63,706 nt of DNA, filler included, from Collodictyon triciliatum (GCA_043381765.1; 15 parts of 15 records of this genome joined end to end with filler, not necessarily neighbours in it); one strand, 5' to 3'. Counted from the first letter of the whole stretch, positions 24,269 to 38,805 are shown. The notes: generated from the letters alone by a model not told the origin. Program-made: numbers and translations.

Positions 24269-25325
24269 AATACCTTATGGTAGACAAAGAGACAAGAAAT
24301 TCAAATACAACTCCCTCACAAATATATAGTTGCAATCGCGGTCGATGCAGACACAACCTATGGCTTGAAAGAATATCTGCTTCAATAAACCGACCGAACC
24401 CCTTGGGATAAATGTTGTGTGGTTAAAGGGGAGAAAAAAAATATCCCGATTTCGTGTTTAGTCCCATGATGTGTAGCTCACTCACCGTTATAATTTTGGT
24501 GCCCTATGTTAGTTGCGCGGCGCTTTCTGCCTCTCGACATGATTGCAAGGCAGAAACGTTGGGATTTCCCCTCTCAGAATCTCGCATTTTGAACTTGTCA
24601 CAAGCGAGCTCTTCACCTACACCAAACCTCACTTTTTTATTGTAATTTTTTTTCCCTTCGTCTTGTTGTGTATGAGCTGGTACTGGTCTCTGAATAGTAA
24701 CCCCATTTTCCTACCATGTAGGTAAGCTTTGCATAACAAAACTAAATAAAAAAAAATCTTCTATACCATAATTGCGTCAAACTTTTGATCTTTTAGGTGA
24801 GTTTTTCAACTTTTCTGGGTGGGCACCAAAAGAACCTTAATACTGAAAATGGGATGATTGGGTTTATTCTTTCAGGAAAACACTAGTGTAGGGCTAAGTT
24901 GCTTATATGTGACTTTGTGTCTGTGTTTCGCCTAAACTCCCAGGCCGTGAACAAGAGCTGAGTATCGATTAATTTTCGTTCATCTTGCTAGAATGCATTA
25001 AGTTGGGCAACCTTGGGTGGGCGCGAATGAGTCCCACGTTGGTGCAGTCTCGAATCTCGTAGGAATACCATTACTTGTCTCGACTAGATGCTCTTTTGTC
25101 GGACTCTGTTACCTGTGCACAAGCGAGGGCGAGGAAGAACCCAGCAACGATTAAAGGGCATTCGACGCAACACGACATAACAGCGCAACACATCTCGTAG
25201 AGGTATCCTTATGCCCCGCAATACCNNNNNNNNNNNNNNNNNNNNNNNNNNNNNNNNNNNNNNNNNNNNTTAATTAATTAANNNNNNNNNNNNNNNNNNN
25301 NNNNNNNNNNNNNNNNNNNNNNNNN

Positions 25326-25427
<102 letters not shown>

Positions 25428-25984
25428 TCCAATCAGTGTTACTCCGTGTTGGTGGCGTCCAAGTCATAAATTATGCACCTTATATTTTTCACGTCCTGTC
25501 CGCCATCTCGGCGCCATACTTTTTAACAAGCTTTGCGGTTTTGCCCTCAGCGATTCAAACGGCGCGATTCCAGAACAGGGTGTGCTGTCCGCTTCTATTG
25601 TTCTAATCTAATCTGGAAACTATTGTATATGCAGATAAAATAAGCCAATAAGGTGTTAAGATCATATATAGATATAATAATAGCATAATTTATACAAACT
25701 ATATATGTTTGCTTGATGAAAGTTCTCTGGGTCAGCTTCGCTATGCGCCACTATTACGATCTGCAGGAGCCCAAGAAGAACAAAGCCCAGTTTTGTCGCT
25801 CCCCTCTTCCCAACTTTTAGTTTATTTTATTTTATTTTCTATTTCTATTTCTATTTCTTTTCTTTTCTTTTCTTTTCTTTTCTTTTCTTTTCTTTTCTTT
25901 TCTTTTCTTTTCTTTTCTTTTCTTTTGAGGTATTAACCTTCTGTTTCACTACTAACCTTTACCCACAGGATATTTCCCGTCGCA

Positions 25985-28900
25985 ATGTCGCACGGCAAAG
26001 AAGATGCCTCTGGACTTGCAGACATCGAACTCGTGTTCAAAAAGGTTTCTACCAAATGGAACGTCTTTCCATCTTTTTCTTTTCCATTTTCCTTTTTTTT
26101 TTTCTCTCCCTCTTCCCAACTCTTTTTTTTCTATTTCTTCTCTATTTCTTTTTCCCTTTTCCCTTTTCCCATGTCCTTTATCATTTTCTTCTCCTTTTTA
26201 TCTTTATGCTCCTATGTTCGTTTAGGCCATCCGCCAAACATTCGTTATCTCATTCTTTTATTCTCTCAATTGATTTCTGAATGTATCGTGTGTTGTCAAC
26301 TAGTGTGCCTCGCAGCCAAAACGACTGAAACTCATTACCTAAAACTTTCAGGCGATTTCCAAAGAGGCCCAAAACCAAATGGACGCACTTGGTTTGTACG
26401 AAGAGTGTATTCGTTCGACACAGTTGTTTTTGGCCAAGAAACGAAGGTTGAACACCCTCTTTATATTTTCTTCCCAATCTCATCATCATTCTTTCTTTCT
26501 TTTTTTTTTTTAACATCGTCATCTTCTATAAAATATTTTTCATCGCTGGGGTCTATGTATATCCTCATTCTCATGAGCAGAAAAGGAGTTAAAAAAGGGA
26601 GGTTATGATTCTTACAGAATCACATCGCTTGAAGTATTCATATGAAAGAATTATTTATATATCTAAACTATAATTTTTCCTCTCTTTTATGAGTTACGAA
26701 CCATAATATTTGAAAATTTGTATGGCTTTTGGCCAATATTTTTTTTGTGGATTTTATGGAAACGAAAAATTCAATATTTCCACTCGATTATTATTGCATT
26801 TCTCCCGAGAATGTAAACCTTTGGCACGTTTAGATTCATCACATGTCTTGTTTATCACCACATTTACTCTCCCATAGTCTGCATCTCTCATATTTATATA
26901 TATTCTTTTTCAGCACCGGCGGCGAATCTGACTCTGAAAGGGCCGAAGAGATTCTATCCGTCTGTCAAACTCGATGTGCGGATATCAGAAGTGAGACGCA
27001 TTTGTGCATAAAATCAGTACACAAATATATCAATTGCAATTTATACACCATTTTTGATATTTAAATGATTTCCAAACTCGGTTCAACGGATTGCGAAGCT
27101 CTTTCGTTTGTTTAAACATATTCCAAAACGTATTTTATTTAAGTGGGTGATTATTTATACATCGTCTATATTTATCCCCAAAAGGCGTCAAACCAAATGA
27201 GCAGAATCCCATCCTGTTACTCAGCCTTTTGCAAGGAGCGAAGCAAGCAAAATCCACCGATGCTGCGGTTTTTCTTTAATATATGATTGATTTATTTTCT
27301 CATGGATTCAAACTAATAACAGTATAATGAATGCTCTACATACATTTTTTCGATGTTATAAATTATCTCGAAATTTACTTTTGAATTTTGCCTTTTCAAA
27401 GGTGCCAAGAAATATTGTGTTAAGACAGCCAGTCTTGGTGGCAGCAAATCACGTCCCCAAGACACAAAATCAAGGTTTTTTCCCCCTCTTTTTTATTTTT
27501 ACTTCTGAGCTGATTTTATGAATGATTATGTATACAATAGTAATATAATCATCGTATGTGCACACAAAGCAGCTTGTGTAATTATCGCGGAGATTGATTT
27601 GCTCCAATAACTCTTTTTTTTTTAAAAAAAAAACTTTGCATTTCATATATCAGTATCTATTAGAAAGGCTCATCTTAAAGTCCTCTTATATATAAGCCAT
27701 TATAATTGCAAGAATATATCAAATATAAATGCGAAATAAAATAAAGCCGCTTTTTTTTTTTTAACTCTTCAATAATTTTTTTTCATAATCATCCAATCAC
27801 AACTTAAAGCAACAAAAGTCGAGCCCACTCCTGTTCCGACTGCGGATAACCCAAGGCCCGTCAACGCAGCTCGACCGCTAAGTGCAAATAGAGTTGCTCG
27901 TCCACAAAGTCCGGCAAGAGTCGCCCGCCCGAATCCCCAAGTCAACGCACCAGTAAATCACAATCCAACTCCTGCTCGTCCACAAAGTCCTGCTAGAGTG
28001 GCACGCCCCGCAAGCCCAGTCAGAGCTGCTCCAAACAATCCACCAGATGTGCGTCCGCAAAGTCCTGCAAAAAGAGGTTTCAAACTCGCTTCATGAATTT
28101 CTTTCATAAAATCTTCAGTTTTCCTCTTTTTCTTCCTCTCTTTTGCCTTCAATTATTTTTTTTTTGTCTGTGTGTCTTTCAGATAATTTGATAAGCGCGA
28201 AAATTGTATTTAATTCTTGTCTGCAGTATCTCGATTCCTTCCTAATTAGCATACATCAATATTTTTTTTTATTGGTTCTTATTGCATGGAGTAGTTTTTC
28301 CAATTGATGATTATTTTCACACATGGTTTAAGGCCTGTGTATTGCATTAAATGCTTTCCATGAACGACAACCCAATCAAATTCGGCTGGATTTGTGATTC
28401 TCAAACAAAGGATATTTTCCCATAGAGAGACCTCCTTCTCCGAAGCCTGCGGCGAATCCCCGACGACCAGAAGCAGATACTAACCCCGGTAAAGGGCACC
28501 CTCAGAAGGATGAGAAGAAGACTGGTTTGAATTCGGTTTTATATTTGTTTTCATAGATGTCTTTTAAGTTGACAAAAAAGCTGTGGGTCTATACATGTAT
28601 TTTTTTTCCGTTGACATAGGCGAATTTGTGGTATTATTACATAGATTATGTCAGTATCCCTTATATTTTCTCATGCATTTCACCTACATTACTATCTACC
28701 ATTCTTTTTATAAGAAGATGACCAGATTCTTTTGGATAAAATTCAAAGCGAAATCATTGAAGGTATACCAAAAATAACCTGGGATGACGTAGGTTTGTGT
28801 TATCCGCAATATATATATATATAGTATTCTTCATAGCATTTAATTTCTTACAGTTATCATTTCTCCTACTTTCCCATCATTCGCGAGGCTAATTCTTTCA

Positions 28901-29636
28901 GTTTTCTTATTTTTTTATTTTCCCTTCGAACAGTGGCCATGACATAATCAAAATCATGAATAGAAACACTCGAAAATTGTAGATTCAAAAGTTATCAAAA
29001 ATTGAAGATGTTTTTCGTTGTTTCATTTCTATATACCTCCTCTATCTTTTAACAGGCGGACTTGAGGACGTAAAGCAAGCATTACGCGATTGTGTAGTGA
29101 ATCCATTAAAAAGACCTGATATTTTCGTTGGAATTAGGGCTCCTGCCAAAGGTATATTCATATAAAACCGCCAAAAAATCTAGTTTATGGAAAGAAACTG
29201 TCTGAATACTACCTTAAAACCTGAAACAAAAGATCCATACCAGGTTGTCTTTCGTTAAACGTGCACCAAATGAAACTCTTTTTCATAGGATTGCTGCTAT
29301 TTGGTCCTCCAGGAAATGGAAAGACGATGATCGCACGCGCTGTTGCATCCCAGGCTAATTGCACATTCTTCAACATCACAGCAGCATCGTTGACATCTAA
29401 AGCTGTAACGCTGCCTCACTATATTCTTTTCATTTTTTTTTAATAGTTTACTTAGAATGCTAATGGTGTTTATTTATATTTCTCCGCAAAGACCTGTTTC
29501 GTCAAATAAACGCAAAACTATTCTCCTTTTAGTTCGGAGAGGGAGAAAAGTTGGTTAAAGCCCTGTTCAAATTGGCACAACAAAGACAGCCATCAATTAT
29601 TTTTATTGATGAAATAGATTCACTCCTCTCTGCAAG
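25985..29636 (+). CDS. Spastin/fidgetin-like microtubule-severing AAA ATPase; 3'-partial, 5' exons uncertain
   Basis: ITWDDV | [10 protein letters not shown]...[16 protein letters not shown] | [20 protein letters not shown]...[12 protein letters not shown]...[11 protein letters not shown]...[17 protein letters not shown] (Walker A and B). Pro-rich [10 protein letters not shown] linker at 27840-28075. Confidence 0.85.
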
Positions 29637-29923
29637 GTTAGTCTACTCACATGACCTTTTTTTAATTTGTTTGTTTGTTTGTTTGTTTGTTTGTTTGTTT
29701 GTTTGTTTGTTTGTTTGTTTGTTTGTTTGTTTGTTTGTTTGTTTGTTTGTTTGTTTGTTTGTTTGTTTGTTTGTTTGTTAGTTTNNNNNNNNNNNNNNNN
29801 NNNNNNNNNNNNNNNNNNNNNNNNNNNNTTAATTAATTAANNNNNNNNNNNNNNNNNNNNNNNNNNNNNNNNNNNNNNNNNNNNTTGATTACATTTTTAA
29901 CATATTTTCCTTTTTATTTATAG

Positions 29924-32900
29924 AACAACACATGCCCCATATTCAGAATCAGTATGTATGGAAACAACCTTAACGGTGACATTGAAGCTGCCTCTGCGAT
30001 TTTTGAGAAGCTCCAATTATTGGATTCTTTGGACATGAGCTACAACTTCATTTACGGAAATCTTCCAGACTTTAATCTCCCAAGTATTACGTATCTGAGT
30101 CTCTATGTGAATCAAATTACCGGAACGATTCCAGACTTTCAAGGAATGCCGAAAATTGAACATATTGAGATTGATGGGAATGAATTGGAAGGAACAATAC
30201 CAGATTTTTCTAGAATACAATCGCTAAAGATATTGTGGATTGGTGCAAGTGAAAAAATTACAGGTATCAAGTAACTTCCAATATGATTTATTCTGAATTC
30301 TAATGATTTTTTCATTTCAGGAACTCTTCCTGACTTCTCAGCGTTGCCAAATGTTCAGAACCTTCAGATTTATAACTGTGATGTTCATGGTTTGTTTTTT
30401 CTATTTTATTAAAAATCAACTTGTACAAGTACTAACTTTATACTACAGGAACTGTTCCAAACTTCAGAATGATTCCAAATGTTCTAGGAATTTATCTTTC
30501 CAGCAATCAGTTGGTTGGTAGGTTTTAATTATCATTTCATGTATTATTGACACATAACTAACATTATACTATAGGGACCGTTCCAAACTTCAGTGGAATT
30601 CCATATGTTTTAAGAATTTATCTTGACAACAATCAACTGAATGGTAAATTTTAATTATTATTTCATATAATATTAGTACAGAACTCACTTTTTATTACAG
30701 GAACAGTTCCAAACTTCAGTGGAATACCAAATGTTATAAGGATATATCTTCACAACAATCAGTTGACTGGTAAGTTTTAATTATTATTTCATATAATATA
30801 AGTACAGAACTCACTTTTTATTACAGGAACAGTTCCAAACTTCAATGGAATTCCAAATATTGAAATAATTGTGCTAGACAGAAACAGATTGAATGGTGAT
30901 TTCTATTCACTTTTCCTTTTTTTTTGATTTTCATTTTTAACTTAATTTAATGAGTAATTTTAGGCACAATTCCAAACTTCTCAAATATGCGTAAACTGGA
31001 GATATTTTATGTTTATGACAATCAGTTGGAGGGAGAGATTCCAGATTTCAAAGATTGCAAAAACATCAAGGAAATAGTATTGCTCCGAAATAAGTTGTCA
31101 AGCACGTTGCCGATGTTCAATCTGAATAATCTGACAAGACTTGATGTGAGTGAAAACCAAATCACTGGCTCTATCCCAGAAAACTGGATATTTCCTTCAA
31201 TTAAATATATCGACTTGTCCTGGAACAAAATGAACGGCACAGTTCCAAGCTATTTTCAGGGACTTTCAGAACTGAAATCACTCGTTTTATCTCATAATAA
31301 ATTCTCTGGAAACATGCCTGTTTTATTCTGGAATCTGCCGAATCTAGTGACAATTGATTTGAGAAACAACTCGTTTTCAGGAGACGTTGGTGTTTTCATC
31401 TCACCAGAAACGGGCAATTACAATTATTTTTATGAAAACCTTTTGCTTGATGATAATGGACTGAATGGGGAATTGAATTGGTTGATTTATGACTTTGTTC
31501 TTAAAGTAAAAACATTAAGTATTAAGAATAACAACATCACTAAACTTGATGACCTTACAAATCTGTTGAGCTGGACTTCCCTTGACATCACTGGGAATCC
31601 GATTGTTGGAAGCATTCCTGAATCATACGTTAGGTTTTCAAAGCTTGAGTATCTGGGATTAAATACAACATCGATGAATCACGGAAAAGCTAATTTCCTT
31701 CCTGATTTCATGAATTTCACAACATCTTTCAATCTACAGGATGAAACGAAACGCTACCTTTGTCCTTCTATTATTTCGAAATCTGGTCTGATTGAGTTGA
31801 AGGTTGACTTGAATCCAGAATATTATGATTTTGAATTTTGTAAATGCTTGCCTGGATATTTCGGCTTTGGAAATAACTGTGTTCAATGCACAAGAGGATG
31901 TGATTGCCTTGATGGAACGTCCTTGAAATTCTGCCATGCTTCACCGAGCATCACCTCTGTGAAATCAATACTGCCGTGTCCACGTCGCGAGTCATGTGAT
32001 GTGTCAATTCTAGAGAAAATTTCGAATTCAAATACGACGGTCGAAATCATAGACCTGTGTCAAGAGGGCTATGAAGGATATGCCTGCTCAAAATGTCAGA
32101 ATGGATACGGAAATCATGGGAGGTCATGTGTGAAATGCGATAAAGGAACGATTTATTCAACTCTGATATTTGGTTCGATTGGATTTTTTATTTTTATTTG
32201 CTATCTGTATTTCACAGAGACATCAAAATCAGGTAAATGTTACTAAATTATTTCACGTGATTCTTCTCATATTAATCAGAATATTTCATTCAGTGAAACT
32301 CAGGATAATAATGTTCCACATGCAAACACTGTCGATTGTTTCTAGTGGACTTGTTCTTTCAGAAGATTCAAATAGCTTCATCGATGTTTCATCGTCTATT
32401 AGCTCAATTCAATTCCCCAACCTTTCTTGTGTCCTTGGGGTAGACGATGTATTTGTTTCTCTGATGTTCAGTTTTGCAAGAATACCAATCTTTATCATTG
32501 TTGGCTCAGCAACGTACTATTTCGGATATGGACACAAACAGAACAAAGTAAGGATGAAAAAATACATTCAGTTGTAAAATTCGTCATATTGGTTTCAGTT
32601 TCATCTTAAGTAGTACTAAATTAATTATTTTGGCAGGCTGTTTTCATCGCGTTGAATCTTCTGTTTTTTATATACTACTCGGTCGCAAGAGAGGTGTTTG
32701 GTGTTTTTGGATGCACCTTTTATGACGAAGGTGTGAATAGATGGTATCTGAATTTCAAGCCCTGGATTCAATGCAGCCCAGCCTCGGATGAATATCAAAA
32801 ACTGCTCGCAATATCTGTTCCGGTTTTCGTTCTTTTCTTAGTCGGTCTGCTTGCTTTTGTTCTTTGGAAAGTGAAAATCATGACAGAAAGACCTGGATAC

Positions 32901-33513
32901 GAACCAGGAGCGCGATATGGCTTCCTTTACCTGCCATACAAGGAGGTATGTGATTCAATACTCATTTTTGCTTTATCAATTGTGAATTATTTATGAGATA
33001 TGTTACTTAGACCTTCAAGTATTGGGAGTTTGTCATTATCGCACGCCGCATCGCTTTTTCGTTCGTGCTCAGTGTCATTCCATACACTAGCCCAGCGGTT
33101 TTTTTCGTGCTTCTCATCATTGTTATTCAGGTGGATTAAATATTTATTTATATGGTGCAGTATGTGAGATAATTAATTTTTGAAAATGAAATACTAAATC
33201 AAGCACAAACTTTTAGAGCTCAATTTGGATGCAAAAAGAATACAAGCCTTACAACTCGAAAATCGAAAATCAAATGGAGTTGTCCAGTCTCTTCATCATT
33301 TTTTTGTCCTTCTTCCTTTCGCTCATGTCGACTCTTTTTGACTCGCAATCGTGGATTACAGCTCTGCTTATTGGAATGAACTCAATATGGCTGCTTTATT
33401 TTTCGTCAATCGCTTTTGTGATTCCTCTATTCAGAAGTGGCGAAATCAAGCAAAAATTGGTCAAGATGAAAAATCTGAAGAAAAGACAATCTTTTGACCC
33501 CTTTTCACAATGA
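29924..33513 (+). CDS. LRR ectodomain / Cys-rich / multi-pass (about 7 TM) receptor-like protein; 5'-partial
   Basis: Plant-type LRRs (NxLxGxIPxF), a Cys-rich stalk (CKCLPGYFG, CQEGYEGYACSKCQNGYG), then TM exons with FGC...PWIQC, YGFLYLPYK, YWEFVIIARRI, YKPY...NQME; at least 11 exons. Confidence 0.88.
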
Positions 33514-33698
33514 ATAAATGATTAAACAAACATTAAATTAATATTTATATCATTCTCTTAAGAAACTTACAACTTTGGAGTGTTTTTGATTATTTTCTTT
33601 ATTTTTCAACAGTTTTCAATTCACCGTTTATTTTTTCAGTTTTTTTTTATACTTTGCTAATAATAGATATTCCGAATCATGTCATTCATTCCAAGGCA

Positions 33699-34342
33699 TT
33701 TTTTTTCCTTTATTCGATTCAAAGTGCAACAAGGTTATGCCATAAAAAGAAGTGAGACAGGTGCGCATGGGAGAGAGCAAACGCGAGTAAGAGAAGATAC
33801 TACCGTGGAGAGGGAGCGCTGGAAAGAAATCAGTGATAGCGAGTTGGTCAGGTGGGCAACCCAACTGGTTGATTGGTTGCGTGGGTAGCAGGGGTTGGAT
33901 ATACTGTGGGAGATATCGCACGACACATTCCCATATCTCTCTTTGCTAGCGGTCAGAGTAGCGAAGAATGCGGGCGTGTTTCAGCAGGCTGTTCAGGAAG
34001 CTTTATTGCACGAGGCTTTCAAGCCTGGATACATTGATTTCTCGTTCGGGTGAATCATTGGAGCGAGAGGATGCACGCACACTCCATAAAGCCACAGCAT
34101 ATGTCCCCTTGTGAGTGTCCAGAGTATTCTAGAGTCGTGGGTCATTTGGTATTGTGCGCCAAACAGGATGTCGGACGCGCTGAGTCGGTTGGGAGCATAA
34201 TCAAGTTCAGAGAGCATCTTGTGGGTGGATTCTGTCACTTTTAGAGCCAGAGAGCACTTCACAAATGTGTGTTCGATAGAGTCATCTCCACTATGGCACA
34301 TGGTGCATTCTGGGGAGGTCGTTGCTGCATGGACTACGCGCG
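33699..34342 (-). mobile_element. L1/Tx1-like LINE 3' end (ORF2 C-terminal zinc knuckle to A-tail), cut by the contig end
   Basis: CTMCHSGDDSIEHTFVKC CCHC motif; collinear with 55809-56445; AATAAA plus A-tail on the minus strand. Confidence 0.88.
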
Positions 34343-35122
34343 NNNNNNNNNNNNNNNNNNNNNNNNNNNNNNNNNNNNNNNNNNNNTTAATTAATTAANN
34401 NNNNNNNNNNNNNNNNNNNNNNNNNNNNNNNNNNNNNNNNNNTTTCTTCTTTTCTTCTTTTCTTCTTTTCTTCTTTTCTTCTTTTCTTCTTTTCTTCTTT
34501 TCTTCTTTTCTTCTTTTCTTCTTTTCTTCTTTTCTTCTTCTCTTTATTATGCCAAGAATAACGAAGGGATTATTCTGGTTAAGATATTGCGAAAAAGTTA
34601 GAAACCAACAAAAATCGTAAGGGTGCATTGAAATAGCCGCGAATAACACTGCCTGTTAACGGATGTACGGTTGAGTAGAGCTTAAGTCGAACCTAACAAT
34701 AAAGCCGCAATATAACCCTAAAATGATAAAACTGATGGATTATGTGTATTTGTATCTCGAGAATCACATTACTACACTTGGGCAGCGTAACTGGACATAT
34801 TCATGCGCTAGGAAAAAATAAAAAAAAATACATGCGTCCAAGTCGAAAAGGTGAAAGGAATAAATTAATAGCGCCACCTTGTTTGACTGGGATGGTTTTA
34901 AAACTTTTGTTTGCGCCTAACCTTTTCTAATGGGTTTCGATACATCCTCACAGACTTTACTGATTTTGAATCCAATAAGAGGCAGAGTCATCGCAAGTCG
35001 ACAGGGTTTCCCTTCGTGCGCAAACATAACAACCCCACGACACTCGGACATTGCAGGCATTTCCGCTCGAGTCTCTGCGGTTCAATAAGCTTCAACAAAA
35101 CCATAGAAAAACAAAGCAAAGA

Positions 35123-35153
<31 letters not shown>

Positions 35154-35309
35154 GCAAAAACAAAGACAAAACAAAAATAAAAGCAAAAGCAAACCCCTTG
35201 TTTACAAAGCGCTTGAATATGAGGCAGTTCTGTCTGAAGCAAAAGGTTGCATAATGAAACAAAGTAAAAATAAAGTAACATGACATAAAACCCCCACAGC
35301 TACCAAAAG

Positions 35310-38300
35310 ATGTTGATCGAGACGAGTAAAGTTGGTGCGCTGATCGATCCAACAGAACTGCGAGACTGGGAACGACTGGGACACGGCGGATTCGGAGTTG
35401 TCTACCGAGCGATGTGGCAAGACCGCGTCATTGCTGTCAAGGTCTCAAAAACCGCCGTGAAGCCAGCAAACGCGGATCAAAGCGTCCTTTCATCCCAAAA
35501 GTCTTTGTATGCCTCCCTTGGCGCCACCAACGAAGCAGACATGAGTCCCGAAACTCTTCGCGAGTGGCAAATACTGCAGTCTGTCCGGCATGCATACATA
35601 GTCCAATATATCGACGCCTTTGTGATCAACAACTGCTTCTGCTTGGCTTTGGAGTATGCTGACGGAGGGAGTCTGCGGGGCTGTTTGGAGACGTTGGATG
35701 GAAACGGAGAGAGGCTTAGCTTGGCTCAGATTCACTCATACGCCATCGCAATCGTCTCTGGGCTGCTATATCTACACCAGAATCAGATCTGGCACAGAGA
35801 CTTGAAGACAGACAACATTCTTCTTGTCAACAACGTCCCAAAGATTTCAGACTTTGGCCTGTCACGTCTGGAGGTTTCTTCTAAAGGCTCTGCAATCTCC
35901 ACCGAATCAAAGACTGTCTTGATCGGCTCGTTCCAGTGGGTTGCTCCAGAGTGGTTCGAGGAATCTACAGATTACGCGGCCTCCGATATCTATGGCATGG
36001 GTAATATATTCTGGTCCCTTCTGACCAACCAGGCTCCGTTTTCAGGATGCACTTTGGGCTTTGTTGCATCCAGTTTCAATAAAGGCATTCGCCCACCCAT
36101 GCCTGCAGACGGCCCACCTCTGATCAAGTCAATCATCAATCGCTGCTGGAGGACTAATGTAAAGGAGAGGCCAAGGCTAACGTCGATACTGGCCGAGTTG
36201 GAAGCTGTCAACGAACTTTCTTTTGAATCTCCTTTCCACAATCAGATCTTGCATTCACAAACACAAGTACCTTTTCAAAGTACTTCTAGTGTGAATTCTA
36301 TGCGAGAAGATGATTTTGGAGTCAACCAACTCAATTTGGGCCCACCAACCAGCCCAGTATTCTCTTGTCCTGGAAGCTATGAATCCCGCAATCATTACCA
36401 ATCAGAAAGGAACTTACATGTTAAGACACCGCTAAGTGACCTTGGGAGCAAGCAGCAAATCAATGAAAACGACCCATTCTATTCGGTTCTCGAAAAGTAT
36501 GGTGTGAGCAAGGATATTCAGGAGTGCTTTCGTCAAAATAGCACATCGCAGGATGAGTTTATGCATTTGTCAGCGGAGCAGCTTCGGCATTTATTCCCAA
36601 GTTCAAATATTTTGCAGATAAATAAGCTTTTGAAAATACAGGAATACTTTAGGGCAGGAAAGGTAGTTTCGATTCCTTGATTTATTTAATTTTTTTTTAC
36701 TTTATTTTCTTTCAAAAAAATGTGCATTTATCTAGTCTTTTTTTTTCAAATTCTTTTATCGTTCTGTGGTCCTCTCTTTCTCTTCCTCTCAAAAAAAAAA
36801 AGCCTTTTTGGTTTTTAACACACATCCATTATGGTTATGAATTCATCATGTCAATTGTGTGCTGTTCTGCATCCTATTTCTTATTATAGTACTTGAACTA
36901 AAATAGATGAAGATGCTTGGAGCATCAGAGCAGTCTCTCCCAGCCTTTGTTGCCCCTCAGAAGCTGGACCCTTCCCTCGAAGAGAAATTTTTCGAAGGTT
37001 TGCAACAACTGGACAAAAACTTGGTTACCGAAGGTTTGGAGAAAGTAAAAGAGGCAGCAGAAAGACAGGTTGGGCTGGCTCAACTCAAGATGGCTCAGTT
37101 TCTCTTTGATGGTATCGGTGTAAAAAAAGATGCGGTCCAGTCTCGAAGCTGGCTTATTCGTCTTGCCCAAAACCCTTTTTCGGAGCTCCTAACCGAGGCA
37201 GACTTGACCCAAACCCTAGAGAATTTGACGTTGCATGGAATGGTACAACAAGAATTAGGAAATCTCGAGAGGGCTTTATCTCTTTACTATTACGTTTACT
37301 GCACCGACAACAATTATTTGGCCAGCCTGCTAGGGATATATACAGTTTTTGCTACATGCGGTACAGAAATCCCACGTCCAAGGGATATTTCCTTTGAATC
37401 TGATATTATTGGTCGAATTAATTCAGCTAAAGACGCAGCAATTCAGCAAACAATTGAGTGGCTCAAAGTCAGCAAGCATGAGCAGACAAATGCGATGCGC
37501 ACCACATTTTTAGGGTTTTTGCTTCAGGTTGTAAGGAAACCCTTTGGAGACCTTGATGGTGCCATGAGAATTCTAGAACCGCTGACGTTTCGTCAAAAGG
37601 GAGGTCTTGCTAGCTTCTTTGTAGCCGAGCACATTTACAGAATTGATTTAGTAAACCCGAATTGCTCTGAGGATACAGAAAACCGAATGATCGCCAATTA
37701 TCAACACGCGGCTAGTCTCCGGATTGCAAATGCCCATTCTAGACTCGCAAGACTATACCTAGCCGAGGATTTAGCTAAAAAAAATTTGCGTGTAGCGGAT
37801 TCGCAAATTGCTGATGCTAGAAACGAAAAGGGCAAAACTCATCTGCAACACGCGTTGGCTTGGTTTGGATCACACGTTTGGACTCTCTACGGGGATTTAC
37901 ATAGACTTGGAATCACTTTTGAAAGGGATAATCAAGAGATCAAGTTATGCTACCAGAAAGCAGCCACGTTCGGTGACCCTTGTGCGCAACTGCAATTATC
38001 TCAACTTCCAGGCGTAGACAAAGCTGAACAATTCCGCTTACTCACTTTTGCCGGTAGGCAAGGTGATGTTGATGCACTTGCAAAGCTAGCGCTCTTTTAC
38101 CGGTTAGGTGAAGGAGGAGCACCTCGTGATGTTAACGAATCTGTGCGCCTTTTATACCAAGCCGCAGAACTCGGAAAAAACAGGACTCTGTATTCAAAAA
38201 GAAACCCAAGCTTGGTAGGAATCCACGAGCTTGCGAGTTGCCTTTGGTCTGGTATTGGTCTGAACGAGAGTAAAGAGCAAGCAATCATGTTTTTCACCCG

Positions 38301-38595
38301 ATCTGCAGAGGGTGGCTATGTGCTTTCTCAGATTGCCCTGGCGGATGCATACGCAGTCGGCTCGGGGGTGAAGAAAAACCAAGAGACGGCTTTTAAATGG
38401 TTGCTAATGGCTGCGCAAAATGGAAACCAGATGGCGCAAACTAGGTTGAGTGAATGCTACGAGAAGGGCATCGGTGTCAAGAAAAGTGCGGTCATGTCTC
38501 AAAAGTGGCGCGATATTTCACTCAATCCCGCACTTTATGACAAACATGCTGAACAGCCTGCTTCGGGTAAGATGGACCCTCTCTTTGGCATGTGA
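35310..38595 (+). CDS. TKL-type kinase / SAM-like / Sel1-like repeat protein (exons 35310-36662, 36907-38595; about 1013 aa)
   Basis: GHGGFG, IAVK, HRDLKTDN, SDFGL, WVAPE; SAM-like VLEKYGV...FMHLSAEQLRHL; Sel1 units such as LADAYAVGSGVKKNQETAFKWLLMAAQNG. One phase-0 GT-AG intron joins the two ORFs in frame. Confidence 0.88.
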
Positions 38596-38805
38596 ATGTC
38601 GCCGTAAATCCCTATCATCGCCTTCTTTCGCTCACCAGACAATACACATGAATGGAAGAAGAAAACAATATCCAGAAGTGAGATCTTTTACCACATAAAA
38701 GAATAAAGCTCACATAAAAGCGTAGAAGTGTAAGCGCGACCACTTCACAAAATCAAAAGAAAAAATATGGGTTAGTGGCATATTTTGTTGTTGTTTTTTG
38801 CTATT

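Noticed and set aside
30449-30895. 126-bp periodic repeats as a CRISPR-like or ncRNA array
   Set aside because: Fully explained as 69-nt LRR exons plus 57-nt GT-AG introns.
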